A DNA stretch of 64,000 nucleotides from positions 1 through 64,000 of IMG/VR virus record IMGVR_UViG_3300015375_001377. One strand, given 5' to 3'. Source of the DNA: a virus (Duplodnaviria > Caudoviricetes). A model generated the notes under the pieces. It did not search any database. It was not told the DNA's origin and saw nothing but the letters and a program-made list of their open reading frames with translations. How positions within the stretch are numbered: position 1 is the stretch's first letter; each line of letters begins with the position of its first letter. The position numbers and the translations under genes are program-made. Positions 50,195-59,847 of this stretch are shown one piece after another.

Positions 50195-50875
50195 GTGAGA
50201 TTTTTAAATGTAGTTTTATCCAGCTATCAAATACCTGGATACCCGAATTTCTTAAATCACTATATATTTGTTGACCCTATCGATGGGGTTAATATTACAT
50301 ACCCTAATACTGCTAACGGGGATTTATTTACATCCACAAGCTATCTATCTGCAGTAACAGGTGGCTTAATATTCCCATGGGGATATACAGTTCAAAACAC
50401 TACAACTTTTATTAATTTAGGTGTGCTGAAAGGCCCTTATACTATTACCTTTAACCCCTCTTCTATAGATAACACATTTTATACAACTTTAAAAATAATG
50501 TATGATTTTGGTGATGGTTCAGAAGTATATACTGTTGAAAAAGATGTTGTAATTGATTATAATAAAATTAATCTTTCAGAGTTAACCAATTCTGCTGATG
50601 CAGGAAACCCTAAGGTTGTTAAAGTAAATCATGAATATTGGCCATCAAAAGAAAATCTTACTACATACACTGTAACTATAACTGTAGTTAATGGTAATTT
50701 TGTTAATAATGTTTTCTATATATATCTATCCTCAGTACACGATTCCATATACGATTTAAACGAAATACACATGCTAAATAAGCTAGATTTAGATAGCCAA
50801 GCTAAGAATAATTTATTAGTATTAGAATATGATAATGATGAAACTTCTATATCTAATTTAAAGCTTACAAGATAA
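50195..50875 (+). CDS. Structural protein with PKD-like segment
   Basis: MYDFGDGS and YTVTITVVNG PKD-like strands. Confidence 0.5.
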   Translation: MRFLNVVLSSYQIPGYPNFLNHYIFVDPIDGVNITYPNTANGDLFTSTSYLSAVTGGLIFPWGYTVQNTTTFINLGVLKGPYTITFNPSSIDNTFYTTLKIMYDFGDGSEVYTVEKDVVIDYNKINLSELTNSADAGNPKVVKVNHEYWPSKENLTTYTVTITVVNGNFVNNVFYIYLSSVHDSIYDLNEIHMLNKLDLDSQAKNNLLVLEYDNDETSISNLKLTR

Positions 50876-50897
50876 CAATATATTTATTTTCATTTAA

Positions 50898-50903
50898 TAA
50901 ATA
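50898..50903 (+). promoter_or_regulatory. Late promoter
   Basis: ATAAATA-N5-ATG(50909). Confidence 0.65.
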
Positions 50904-50908
50904 TTAAT

Positions 50909-52042
50909 ATGCCTGAAATACCGGATTTTAATAATATTCAAAGAACTAGGCGCCTGGTAAATTCGGATAGACTATCCTTTAAAAAAATAGTAAATTTAGG
51001 AGCACCAAGCTCTTCAGATATTAGTGTTCTAACAATAGACCCTACACCTTCTGTAACACCTACAATATCATTAACACCTACACTAACACCTACAATTACA
51101 GATACCCCTACACCAACACCTACAGTAACTGAAACGCCACCTAACACACCTTCACCAACACCTTCAAAGACTCCAACTAATACACCAACCATTTCTTTAA
51201 CACCCAGCACTTCTCAAGCTGTAACTTTAACACCAACACCAACTACTTCAAATACACCTAGCAATACGCCTACACAGACACCTACCCATACACCAAGCGT
51301 GTCGCCTTCTATATCACCTTCAGTAACTCCAACAATTACTAATACCCCATCAGAGACACCTACTAATACACCTACCGTTTCACTCACACTTTCAGTAACC
51401 CCAACAATTACTGATACACCTACCGGCACACCTACACCTACAGTAACTAATACATCTAGTAATACCCCAACACCTACTCCTACTGAGACGCCAACAAATA
51501 CACCAACAATTTCATTTACCCCTACAGAGACACCAACGCCCACAGAGACACCAACACCTACAGAAACACCCACTGTCACCCCTACATTTACAAACACACC
51601 TACACAAACTTCAACTGTTACACCTACAATTACAGATACCCCTACACCAACACCTACAGTAACTGAAACGCCACCTAACACACCTTCACCAACACCAACA
51701 ATTTCATTAACACCTTCTAATACTCCCACAAATACTCCAACACCTACAGTAACTCCAACTAAGCAACTTACTGAACTAACTGGACCTGGTCCTGTAAGTA
51801 ATGGGTCAGGTGTTACATTCACATCATTATCAACAGAAAAAATAAGATTTTTTGCAAAATCGTTTACCGGATTTCCTCATACTAACATAATAAGAATTAA
51901 TGGCGTTAATTTAGCCAGTGTTGGTATTTTTGAATCTTATATAGGCACACCTTTTACTTTTATAGATACATCAAACAACTTATTTACAAGTGCATTCCAG
52001 TCCGGAGCACCTACACCATCTATAATTAACTTTATCTTGTAA
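50909..52042 (+). CDS. Pro/Thr stalk protein with short N-terminal anchor and about 90-aa C-terminal beta domain
   Basis: About 240 aa of TPT repeats; no signal peptide. Confidence 0.7.
   Translation: MPEIPDFNNIQRTRRLVNSDRLSFKKIVNLGAPSSSDISVLTIDPTPSVTPTISLTPTLTPTITDTPTPTPTVTETPPNTPSPTPSKTPTNTPTISLTPSTSQAVTLTPTPTTSNTPSNTPTQTPTHTPSVSPSISPSVTPTITNTPSETPTNTPTVSLTLSVTPTITDTPTGTPTPTVTNTSSNTPTPTPTETPTNTPTISFTPTETPTPTETPTPTETPTVTPTFTNTPTQTSTVTPTITDTPTPTPTVTETPPNTPSPTPTISLTPSNTPTNTPTPTVTPTKQLTELTGPGPVSNGSGVTFTSLSTEKIRFFAKSFTGFPHTNIIRINGVNLASVGIFESYIGTPFTFIDTSNNLFTSAFQSGAPTPSIINFIL
51041..51760 (+). repeat. Pro/Thr coding tract containing a 77-bp direct repeat (51086-51162 and 51620-51696)
   Basis: ACACCTACAATTACAGATACCCC...CCTTCACCAACACC appears twice, identical by eye. 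Confidence 0.85.
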
Positions 52043-52048
52043 TAAATA
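52043..52048 (+). promoter_or_regulatory. Late promoter
   Basis: ATAAATA-N5-ATG(52054). Confidence 0.65.
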
Positions 52049-52053
52049 AATTT

Positions 52054-52320
52054 ATGAGTAATGAAATTTATACATATCAAGGACCCAGATCATTAGGACA
52101 CGGTTGTTCTTTTGTTTCTCAATATAACGAACAATTTAAAATCGAGAAAATAGAAAACGCTACTGGCATGCCAGGTGTTATGATTTTGTTTGTAAATAAT
52201 ACACCCTCTGCAAGCTTTACATTTAATACAGCTTATATTAACAAGCCATTTGAATTTATTGATAAAAATGGTAACTCACACTCAGGTATAGTTAGTTTTG
52301 GAAAAGTATATCTAGAGTAA
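52054..52320 (+). CDS. 88-aa beta protein, paralogue of the C-terminal domain of 50909-52042
   Basis: Shared pattern GP..S.G.G.(T/S)F.S ... TG(F/M)P...I..(I/V)N...AS......YI..PF.FID. Confidence 0.65.
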   Translation: MSNEIYTYQGPRSLGHGCSFVSQYNEQFKIEKIENATGMPGVMILFVNNTPSASFTFNTAYINKPFEFIDKNGNSHSGIVSFGKVYLE

Positions 52321-52330
52321 CCTGCTCTAT

Positions 52331-54997
52331 ATGGCATATGTTGTAAAAAATAGAGCTGATTTTGTAACTAATTTAACGTTTAATTTAGTAGTAAGCTCAA
52401 ATCCAAATATAGATGATGCTTTTCTACTTTTAGAAGACGGAGGTATATATACCTATTCTAAAGATTTACCACCGTTTTTAATTTCTTTAAGAAGTGTACC
52501 TGGCTTATCTTCTATCTTGGTTTTCAGTGATCCTGCCTCATTACCCTATACTTTATGGGAAACTGATAACTATTCATTGCCTAACAAATTTACCATAAAT
52601 TCTATTAATCAGATAGCACCATTCAAAGACACTCAACCTACAAAGAGCATTTTAACAACAGATTTAGTTCAAAAATTGTATATAGTTCATGGTATTGGTG
52701 AAGACGGTTCATCTTACGTAACCTATCTTTCTGATTTTCCAGAATTTTCATCTATGCTGGAATTAAGCTCTAACTCAACATATTATTTTGTTAACTTAGA
52801 GAGTAAAGTACCTTATACGTTATACGATATTGATACTCCTTCCACACCTACACCAACACCATCTCAAACCCCGACAGTAACACCAACTATTACAGTTTCA
52901 AACTCGCCAACATCTACAATGACACCGACACCCACCTTAACACCATCGGTTACCAAATCACCTATTCCTTCACAAACACCTACAGAAACACCTACTAATA
53001 CACCAACACCATCAAATTCTCCAACTATATCCTTTACCCCTACTCAAACACCTACAGTTACACCAACAGTAACTCCCACACCTACATTTACTCCAACAGT
53101 AACACCTACTAATACACCTACGGTTACAGATACTCCTACTCAAACACCTACGGTTACAGATACTCCTACTCAAACACCTACAGTTACACCAACAGTTACT
53201 GATACACCTACCAACACACCTACAGAGACTCCAACTAATACACCGTCACCAACCCAAGGATTGTCTCCTACTCCAACCCCTACACAAACTACTACCCCAA
53301 CTACAACACCTACCATCACCCCTACAATTACAGATACACCTACACAAACACCCACAATAACACCTACACCTTCTGTAACACCTACCAGTACACCGTCCGT
53401 AACACCTACACAGACTTTAACTCCTACACAAACATCAACTGTTACCCCTACAGTAACAGACACACAAACACCCACACCAACACAGACACCTACCAGAACA
53501 CCTACACAAACACCCACAATAACACCTACTGTAACTGACACGCCCACCAACACACCCACAAATACCTCAACTAATACACCTACAGTTACTGATACACCGA
53601 CACAGACACCAACTGTAACACCTACACTTACCAATACAAATACACCAACATCTACAATGACACCGACACCATCTGTGTCACCATCAGTTACCAAATCACC
53701 TATTCCTTCACAAACACCTACACCTACACCAACTGTAACACCTTCAGTCACGCCTACAATTACTGATACACCTACACAAACTCCAACTGTTACCCCTTCA
53801 GTAACCCCAACTCAAACACCCTCTAATACAACAACACCCTCAGTAACACCTTCCAACACACCCTCTATAACGCCTTCCAACACACCCACAATTACATCTA
53901 CACCATCCAACACACCAACATCTTCTGTAACCCCTACAATAACACTTACACCAACTAGAACACCTGTAGAGTCACCGTCTCCTACACCCACTCAAACCAA
54001 TACACCTTCTGTAACACCATCTAACACACCTACAATTTCACTCACACCTTCTAATACACCTACTCCCTCTGTAACACCCTCAGTAACACCATCTGTTACA
54101 CAGACTCAAACTGGTACTTTAACACCTACTGTAACAGATACACCTACACAAACGCCTACATCTTCCGTAACACCGTCAATCTCTCTAACTCCTACACAAA
54201 CATCAACACCTTCCAACACACCAACTAATACACCTACCCCTTCTATAACACCTTCTAATTCACCTTCAGTTACACCTACTCAAACAGGATCACAAACACC
54301 TACACCTTCTGTAACACCATCTAACACCCCTACAAATTCACCCACTCAAACCCCGACAGTAACACCAACTCTTACAGTTTCAAACTCGCCAACATCTACA
54401 ATGACACCGACACCATCTGTGTCACCATCGGTTACCAAATCACCTATTCCTTCAGAAACCCCTACCCCTACACCAACTGTAACACCTTCAATAACACCTT
54501 CTAATTCTCCTACCCCATCTATTACCCCTTCTAATTCTCCTACATCATCTGCAACCCCTACTAGAACCCCTACAGTAACACCAACAATTACATTTACTAA
54601 TTCTCCTACACCATCTATTACACCATCCAATACACCTACAATATCTCTTACACCTTCTAATACCCCCACCAACACACCTTCTCCTTCTATTTCACCTACA
54701 ATTACCTTAACCAACTCACCTACACCTACTAGAACCCCTACAGTAACACCAACAATTACTAATACACCTTCAGTTACACCATCAGTAACGCCTACAATAT
54801 CTCTTACTCCTTCAATTACCCCTTCAAATACCCCTACACCTACTAGAACCCCTACAGTTACACCTACTAGAACCACTACACCTACACCAACTGCTACTCC
54901 AACCTTAACCCCTGCTCCTGCTAACCCACCTTCTGGCTTGAAGTTGTGGTATGATTTTAGTAGGACAACAAACCTTGATACTATAAGTGTGCCCTAA
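52331..54997 (+). CDS. Giant mucin-like Pro/Thr/Ser stalk protein ending in a LamG-type N-terminal strand
   Basis: About 170-aa N-terminal domain, about 690 aa of PTS repeats, C-terminus [15 protein letters not shown]. Confidence 0.7.
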   Translation: MAYVVKNRADFVTNLTFNLVVSSNPNIDDAFLLLEDGGIYTYSKDLPPFLISLRSVPGLSSILVFSDPASLPYTLWETDNYSLPNKFTINSINQIAPFKDTQPTKSILTTDLVQKLYIVHGIGEDGSSYVTYLSDFPEFSSMLELSSNSTYYFVNLESKVPYTLYDIDTPSTPTPTPSQTPTVTPTITVSNSPTSTMTPTPTLTPSVTKSPIPSQTPTETPTNTPTPSNSPTISFTPTQTPTVTPTVTPTPTFTPTVTPTNTPTVTDTPTQTPTVTDTPTQTPTVTPTVTDTPTNTPTETPTNTPSPTQGLSPTPTPTQTTTPTTTPTITPTITDTPTQTPTITPTPSVTPTSTPSVTPTQTLTPTQTSTVTPTVTDTQTPTPTQTPTRTPTQTPTITPTVTDTPTNTPTNTSTNTPTVTDTPTQTPTVTPTLTNTNTPTSTMTPTPSVSPSVTKSPIPSQTPTPTPTVTPSVTPTITDTPTQTPTVTPSVTPTQTPSNTTTPSVTPSNTPSITPSNTPTITSTPSNTPTSSVTPTITLTPTRTPVESPSPTPTQTNTPSVTPSNTPTISLTPSNTPTPSVTPSVTPSVTQTQTGTLTPTVTDTPTQTPTSSVTPSISLTPTQTSTPSNTPTNTPTPSITPSNSPSVTPTQTGSQTPTPSVTPSNTPTNSPTQTPTVTPTLTVSNSPTSTMTPTPSVSPSVTKSPIPSETPTPTPTVTPSITPSNSPTPSITPSNSPTSSATPTRTPTVTPTITFTNSPTPSITPSNTPTISLTPSNTPTNTPSPSISPTITLTNSPTPTRTPTVTPTITNTPSVTPSVTPTISLTPSITPSNTPTPTRTPTVTPTRTTTPTPTATPTLTPAPANPPSGLKLWYDFSRTTNLDTISVP
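52835..54920 (+). repeat. Roughly 2.1-kb Pro/Thr/Ser coding tract with internal duplications
   Basis: 110-bp near-identical copies at 52863-52972 and 54345-54454, partial copy at 53645-53718, 30-bp tandem unit at 53114-53187. Confidence 0.88.
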
Positions 54998-54998
54998 T

Positions 54999-55004
54999 TA
55001 AATA
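54999..55004 (+). promoter_or_regulatory. Late promoter
   Basis: TAAATA-N5-ATG(55010), overlapping a second TAAATA. Confidence 0.6.
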
Positions 55005-55009
55005 AATAT

Positions 55010-58000
55010 ATGCCTGCTAAAATAAGAGCTGTAAGAAGTAGAGTGGCTAACGTTGTCAACGCTCCAGTAACTAGTCAATCCTTAAGTTCATTTGGTGATT
55101 TAATAACATTAGGAGCTTACGCAACTGGTGTTCCTTATAGCTATGGATATGAAACCTATGATATTACAGCTGCTCCTAATTATAATGCAGCTTTAAGTTG
55201 TGCAGAGTTTAGAGATTCTGTAATGGTTATGCAACCAGTATCATCAAGCTTAGCTTTTCCTTACGACGACTTGTCCCCTTCTTTCACTAATAACACTTGG
55301 AATGCTGGAACTTCTGCGGCATACGCAATATTACCATCATTATCAGGAAATTTTACCCATGTTTTAGTATGGAGAAGGCCAACAAATGAATTAAAGTCAA
55401 GAAATGCTAATATTGATTTAATGGATCCAGGTCTTTATGGTATACAGTATAACGGGTTGGTAAACGGCACAAGTTTACCTATAATGAATTTATTTGCAGA
55501 TAGAACAGATCAAAATTATGTACCCTCTAACACAGCATTAGGTATTCATCCTAAATTTAGCTTAGGAACAGTTCTTAATAATAGTATTAATTATAATATA
55601 GTAGAAGTTGATCCATACAGTAGCTCTATACCTAGTAATAATGTTGATTTCATGGTAACAGTAATTACTAGAACAACAGGAACAAGCGCGCTTAATATTA
55701 CCAATTATCAGCCCAATAATAAAGTTACTATTTTTGATAGCACTACACAAAACACACCAATAAGACCTGATCCTTTATTTATTATTAATAATCCAGAAGC
55801 AGGTACTCCTAGACCAGGAACACTATCGGGTGTTAATGGGTTATCTGCATTTTTAGGTGATCTAGGGTTTCCAGGATTAGCTTATGGTAGTTATACACCA
55901 TATGGAATAGGTTTTTATGGATTATCTGCAGAACAATATAATTACATGAGTTATGATTTTCCTGGTATACAAGTAACTGTAACCCCTGCACAGACAGGGA
56001 CAGTTACTTTAGATGGAAGACCTGGGGCTAATCCTATTACAATTAATAGTGGGGCAATTAATAACTACGGTATTGTGACTTCTTTAGGAACTGTTACTTT
56101 TAATTTGACTGCAGGATTGTGGGGTACAACTTCCGCTAATTACACAGTAAGACAGTACGGTTTAGTTTTTAATTTTACTGTAAATAATTTTACTGATTGT
56201 GGTAACGCTACATATCACAATCTTAATAATGGTCAGTTAACAATGACTGTATCTACTGCAGTTGGAGGTACTATAAGATATGAAAATATGCCTGGTGGTA
56301 CGCGTACTGTATCGAGTGGTCAATCCGTTACATTTACTGGATTAGGTGGCTCTTGGAGTAGTTCAAATAGAGGTGATTATGCTCTAGTAATTACTCATGT
56401 TGAAACAAATTCAAGAGTTTATTGTTATGTAAGATGCTGGGAAGACGCTTATGGTAATTCGTTTGTACAATATGCCGGTGTAAACTATGGTTCAGGTGCA
56501 TCTTGGACTAGAAACCCTGCAAGCATATCAAATAACCCAAGAACAGGTAATCCTTTAGCATTTACAAATCTTCAACCTCTTGAAACTTATCAATATGAAG
56601 TTTACGATAATAGAACAAGCCCTAATTATCAAGCATCAAAATCTTTAGTTACCATAACTATAGGTTCTCAGGGAGGTACATCTACTGGAATACTTCCTCC
56701 TCAATATCAATCATCACCTTACACCGGGTTTGGTAAAATTTTAATAGAATCATTTGGTGGTATTTATAATAATTGTGATGCAGTATGGGGTAAAGATATA
56801 GATAGATCAGGAGGCACATCTAATGTTCAAGGTGTTCTTAACGCATGGCCAACATCAGCTGCACTATGTAATGGTACCCCACCTGGATATATTGTATTAA
56901 AGGATTCAGAATTTTTACCAAGCTCAGGAGCCGCTGATGTAATAACTGCCCCGGGTTCTTTTTGGTACTCTTCAACAGCAACAAGCATAGGCAAAGTTTT
57001 ACCGGTATTAGGAATGAATGCAGGAAGCTTTTGTATGGTAGCACTAAGTTCAGGTACTGTATTTGAAAATTTATTTACTGATTTTGGAGGAACAAAATTT
57101 GGCAGATCACCTCAACGACAAGGATATGGAAACGATTGGCCATTAGGCAGTTGGTATCAAAATGGAGGTGGAGGGTATTCAAATATATGGTCTAAGGCAG
57201 ATGTAGATTATATAGCAAGCTTGTATACTCTTCCGGGATTAAAAGCACTTTCTACAAACCCCACACAGTCTGTTTTAGTTGATGCACCTAATAACGGGTA
57301 TTATATCAATTTTCCCGGAATGAAACTAACACAAGGCTTTCAGCTTTCTGGTGCGCTGCCATTTCCTAATTCTTTTAAACAGAATACTTGTGACTTTCTT
57401 TCTCCTTCAGGTTCATGGATTGGCGCTGGTTGGCCTGTTGTAGATTTTAACTTTTTTGCAGGCAGTGGGTTTAATACATTAACACCCGGTCAAACATCAA
57501 GAAGATGGCCTAGTTATTATTGGACTAATGTCCAATCTGCTTTACCCATGGCATGGTATAGATATAATTATGGTGATAATTCATCAAGCATTTACGGTGG
57601 TGCTCCATTGGGAAGAGTACATTCTTTTTTCAGCTTAGATGATAATGAGGCTAGTACAGGTGTGCCGGGTAGAAATAAAAAGTTATTAGAAACTAATGGA
57701 AACTTGAGTGACCCATTATTCTATAGAAATGCCTTTTTTTATGGAGTAAATAGATTAGGTAATAGACAAACCGGCACAGTACAGTATCAAAATATACCAT
57801 TACTGCCAGGTAAATATAGATTTAAATGGGTTGATAATAGACAAATGAAACAACCTCTTATGGGTATGTTTGGTGGACCTGAAGCAACTAATTGGTGGGA
57901 CTCAGTTTATTGTTGGGCAAATGTAAGAAAAGATACAGCTCTAGGAGGTGATATAGCTAATTTCTGTTTAACTAGATTTGGCAATGCTATTGGTGAAGTA

Positions 58001-58798
58001 AATGTACCGTGGTGGACAGAAAATTCAACTGATGAAATAGAATTACTAGGAGCCAATAATCCTGGGGATATCCCTACAAGGGTTTATAGGTACCCTGCTA
58101 TTAATGTTAATATAGCAAATATGTTTAATTTTAACGATTCAAATAATGTACAAGGTCCATGGCCTGTATTAACTTACGGTATAAAACCACCATTGTATTT
58201 ACCTCCTTTAAGCCCATCATTTGCAGGTATTTTCCCCGGGACTGGTTTTAGAAATTTTCCACTAGGAAATGTAAGATTTAGTTTGTCAGGAGTCTTTAAT
58301 AAAGACGGTTTTGTGACGTATAATTTAGCTTCCACTTCTGTAAGACTAGGTCAACTCTTTACTCCTCCTGAAACTGAAGATCAAGCTAATGATCCATATA
58401 GAAATTATGTTTGTAATGCATTAATGTCTTGTGTCCCTGGTGTGGGTAGTCTAAGCGCAAGAGTTTTTGATACCTATGATTATCCTTTTAGTGGAAGACA
58501 GTTATTAGTTACTTTACCTGTTTCTGCATACGATCCCTTTAGATTAGGTTACAATATAGACATAGTTAATTACGCTCAAGCTGTTTTTAATACAAGGTTA
58601 TTATTAAATTTAGGACCATATGTAACTGCAGCTAATCAAGTAGAAAATATTGCTTGTAATGCGCCGTTATCAGCTGATATTAGAGAAATTCTATTTTATA
58701 ATAGAAGCCTCTCTAATGCAGAAAGAAGTCAGCTGGTACATTATTTAAATAGAAAATGGAATTTAGGATTAAATCTTATTACAGATATAGGAGTTTAA
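55010..58798 (+). CDS. Large fibre/adhesin protein with LamG/ConA-like framing
   Basis: G/N/S/T/W/Y-rich, 1262 aa; NFTHVLVW strand near the N-terminus; C-terminal IREILFYNRSLSNAERSQLVHYLNRKW LamG closing motif. Confidence 0.65.
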   Translation: MPAKIRAVRSRVANVVNAPVTSQSLSSFGDLITLGAYATGVPYSYGYETYDITAAPNYNAALSCAEFRDSVMVMQPVSSSLAFPYDDLSPSFTNNTWNAGTSAAYAILPSLSGNFTHVLVWRRPTNELKSRNANIDLMDPGLYGIQYNGLVNGTSLPIMNLFADRTDQNYVPSNTALGIHPKFSLGTVLNNSINYNIVEVDPYSSSIPSNNVDFMVTVITRTTGTSALNITNYQPNNKVTIFDSTTQNTPIRPDPLFIINNPEAGTPRPGTLSGVNGLSAFLGDLGFPGLAYGSYTPYGIGFYGLSAEQYNYMSYDFPGIQVTVTPAQTGTVTLDGRPGANPITINSGAINNYGIVTSLGTVTFNLTAGLWGTTSANYTVRQYGLVFNFTVNNFTDCGNATYHNLNNGQLTMTVSTAVGGTIRYENMPGGTRTVSSGQSVTFTGLGGSWSSSNRGDYALVITHVETNSRVYCYVRCWEDAYGNSFVQYAGVNYGSGASWTRNPASISNNPRTGNPLAFTNLQPLETYQYEVYDNRTSPNYQASKSLVTITIGSQGGTSTGILPPQYQSSPYTGFGKILIESFGGIYNNCDAVWGKDIDRSGGTSNVQGVLNAWPTSAALCNGTPPGYIVLKDSEFLPSSGAADVITAPGSFWYSSTATSIGKVLPVLGMNAGSFCMVALSSGTVFENLFTDFGGTKFGRSPQRQGYGNDWPLGSWYQNGGGGYSNIWSKADVDYIASLYTLPGLKALSTNPTQSVLVDAPNNGYYINFPGMKLTQGFQLSGALPFPNSFKQNTCDFLSPSGSWIGAGWPVVDFNFFAGSGFNTLTPGQTSRRWPSYYWTNVQSALPMAWYRYNYGDNSSSIYGGAPLGRVHSFFSLDDNEASTGVPGRNKKLLETNGNLSDPLFYRNAFFYGVNRLGNRQTGTVQYQNIPLLPGKYRFKWVDNRQMKQPLMGMFGGPEATNWWDSVYCWANVRKDTALGGDIANFCLTRFGNAIGEVNVPWWTENSTDEIELLGANNPGDIPTRVYRYPAINVNIANMFNFNDSNNVQGPWPVLTYGIKPPLYLPPLSPSFAGIFPGTGFRNFPLGNVRFSLSGVFNKDGFVTYNLASTSVRLGQLFTPPETEDQANDPYRNYVCNALMSCVPGVGSLSARVFDTYDYPFSGRQLLVTLPVSAYDPFRLGYNIDIVNYAQAVFNTRLLLNLGPYVTAANQVENIACNAPLSADIREILFYNRSLSNAERSQLVHYLNRKWNLGLNLITDIGV

Positions 58799-58799
58799 A

Positions 58800-59594
58800 A
58801 TGGCAAATTTAAATAAATCATTAAGGTTTAAGCATATATCAAGTGAAATTGTTGTAGGAGAAGTAATATATAATGAACCTTTCTATATGCAAGGACCTAG
58901 AACATTTATTGAAAATGCAATTATACCATTAGGTGTTGATTGTGAGCCAAATTTTGCACCTAATCCAATAGCAGAAAGTATGAATTCTAAAAATTTAAAT
59001 ACAGAAAAAATAACTCTTTTTGCAAATAAAGAGGATGAAGAAAAATTTAAAGAAATGAATAAAGCAAGAGCTAATCTCTCTAAACTTCAAGAACAAGGTA
59101 TAGATATTTCACCAGTATTAAAAGATGTTGATTTGTCAAAAGCTAATAAAGAACAAGACGAAGATGGTACAGTTACAGAAAATAAAATATCTCAAATTAA
59201 TATAGTTTCTTATAGATATGTAACCCCGGATAGTGATGACATAGAGAACAGAGGTAAATATCTTTCTGAAACAAGAACAATCATGGTTTCTTCAGATGAA
59301 GATTTTAACAATAAAATCCAAAACATAACAAACACACCTGCAAATATTAATGAAATACCTTCACCACCATTTAAATATTATTCAGATGATGTAAAAGAAA
59401 CAGAAAAATATCTTTATAATAAATTAATAAATTCTAATAAAAATTCTGTAAATGTTTATGGAAATAATAACCTGCCTATTGGTAATACTGAAAATTATTT
59501 GCCCGGATTAGTTAGACCACCTGACATTAAAGATATGGTTAATTTTAATCTTAGTAGCGCAGATACAGGAGATTATAAAACCTGGATCAAGTAG
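58800..59594 (+). CDS. Hypothetical protein coupled to the fibre gene
   Basis: 264 aa, starts 1 nt after the fibre stop; charged and Asn-rich. Confidence 0.55.
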   Translation: MANLNKSLRFKHISSEIVVGEVIYNEPFYMQGPRTFIENAIIPLGVDCEPNFAPNPIAESMNSKNLNTEKITLFANKEDEEKFKEMNKARANLSKLQEQGIDISPVLKDVDLSKANKEQDEDGTVTENKISQINIVSYRYVTPDSDDIENRGKYLSETRTIMVSSDEDFNNKIQNITNTPANINEIPSPPFKYYSDDVKETEKYLYNKLINSNKNSVNVYGNNNLPIGNTENYLPGLVRPPDIKDMVNFNLSSADTGDYKTWIK

Positions 59595-59808
59595 TAGGTA
59601 TAACCATCGTATACGGTGATATGGTATAACCAGCTGGAATTTGAGCCCATACTTCTTTATCGTTTATTTTAAGCATCCTTTCACCTGCAATTACAGCAGA
59701 GCAATCAGTACACCTTACTAATCTTGTGTTCCTATAGGACTTCAATCCTGGTATAGAAAAACGTTGCCCGTAGTTTAACCAATTAAGAGGAGTTTCATTA
59801 CTTTCCAT
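59587..59808 (-). CDS. Small hypothetical protein (CxxC)
   Basis: Promoter geometry selects the second Met (59808) over 59814; RCTDC motif. Confidence 0.5.
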   Translation of the reverse strand: MESNETPLNWLNYGQRFSIPGLKSYRNTRLVRCTDCSAVIAGERMLKINDKEVWAQIPAGYTISPYTMVIPTT

Positions 59809-59814
59809 TCTCAT

Positions 59815-59842
59815 ATTATAAAGGAACCTTTATAAAGTACAA
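59815..59842 (-). promoter_or_regulatory. Early sigma70-type promoter
   Basis: TTGTAC-N16-TATAAT-N6-ATG(59808). Confidence 0.65.
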
Positions 59843-59847
59843 GTAGA

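Noticed and set aside
52835-54920. Repeats as a CRISPR array or DGR template/variable pair
   Set aside because: They are in-frame degenerate coding repeats without unique spacers; mismatches between copies are not adenine-specific; no cas or reverse transcriptase gene is in the window.
54995-55009. Alternative genetic code suggested by the in-frame stop
   Set aside because: The stop is TAA, the dominant terminator here, and all core genes are intact under code 11.
911-56838. Other short nested or antisense ORFs in the track (e.g. 911, 1260, 5006, 6669, 8359, 21581, 23024, 28551, 30234, 36434, 41615)
   Set aside because: They lie wholly or almost wholly within well-supported genes, with no motifs or start signals.
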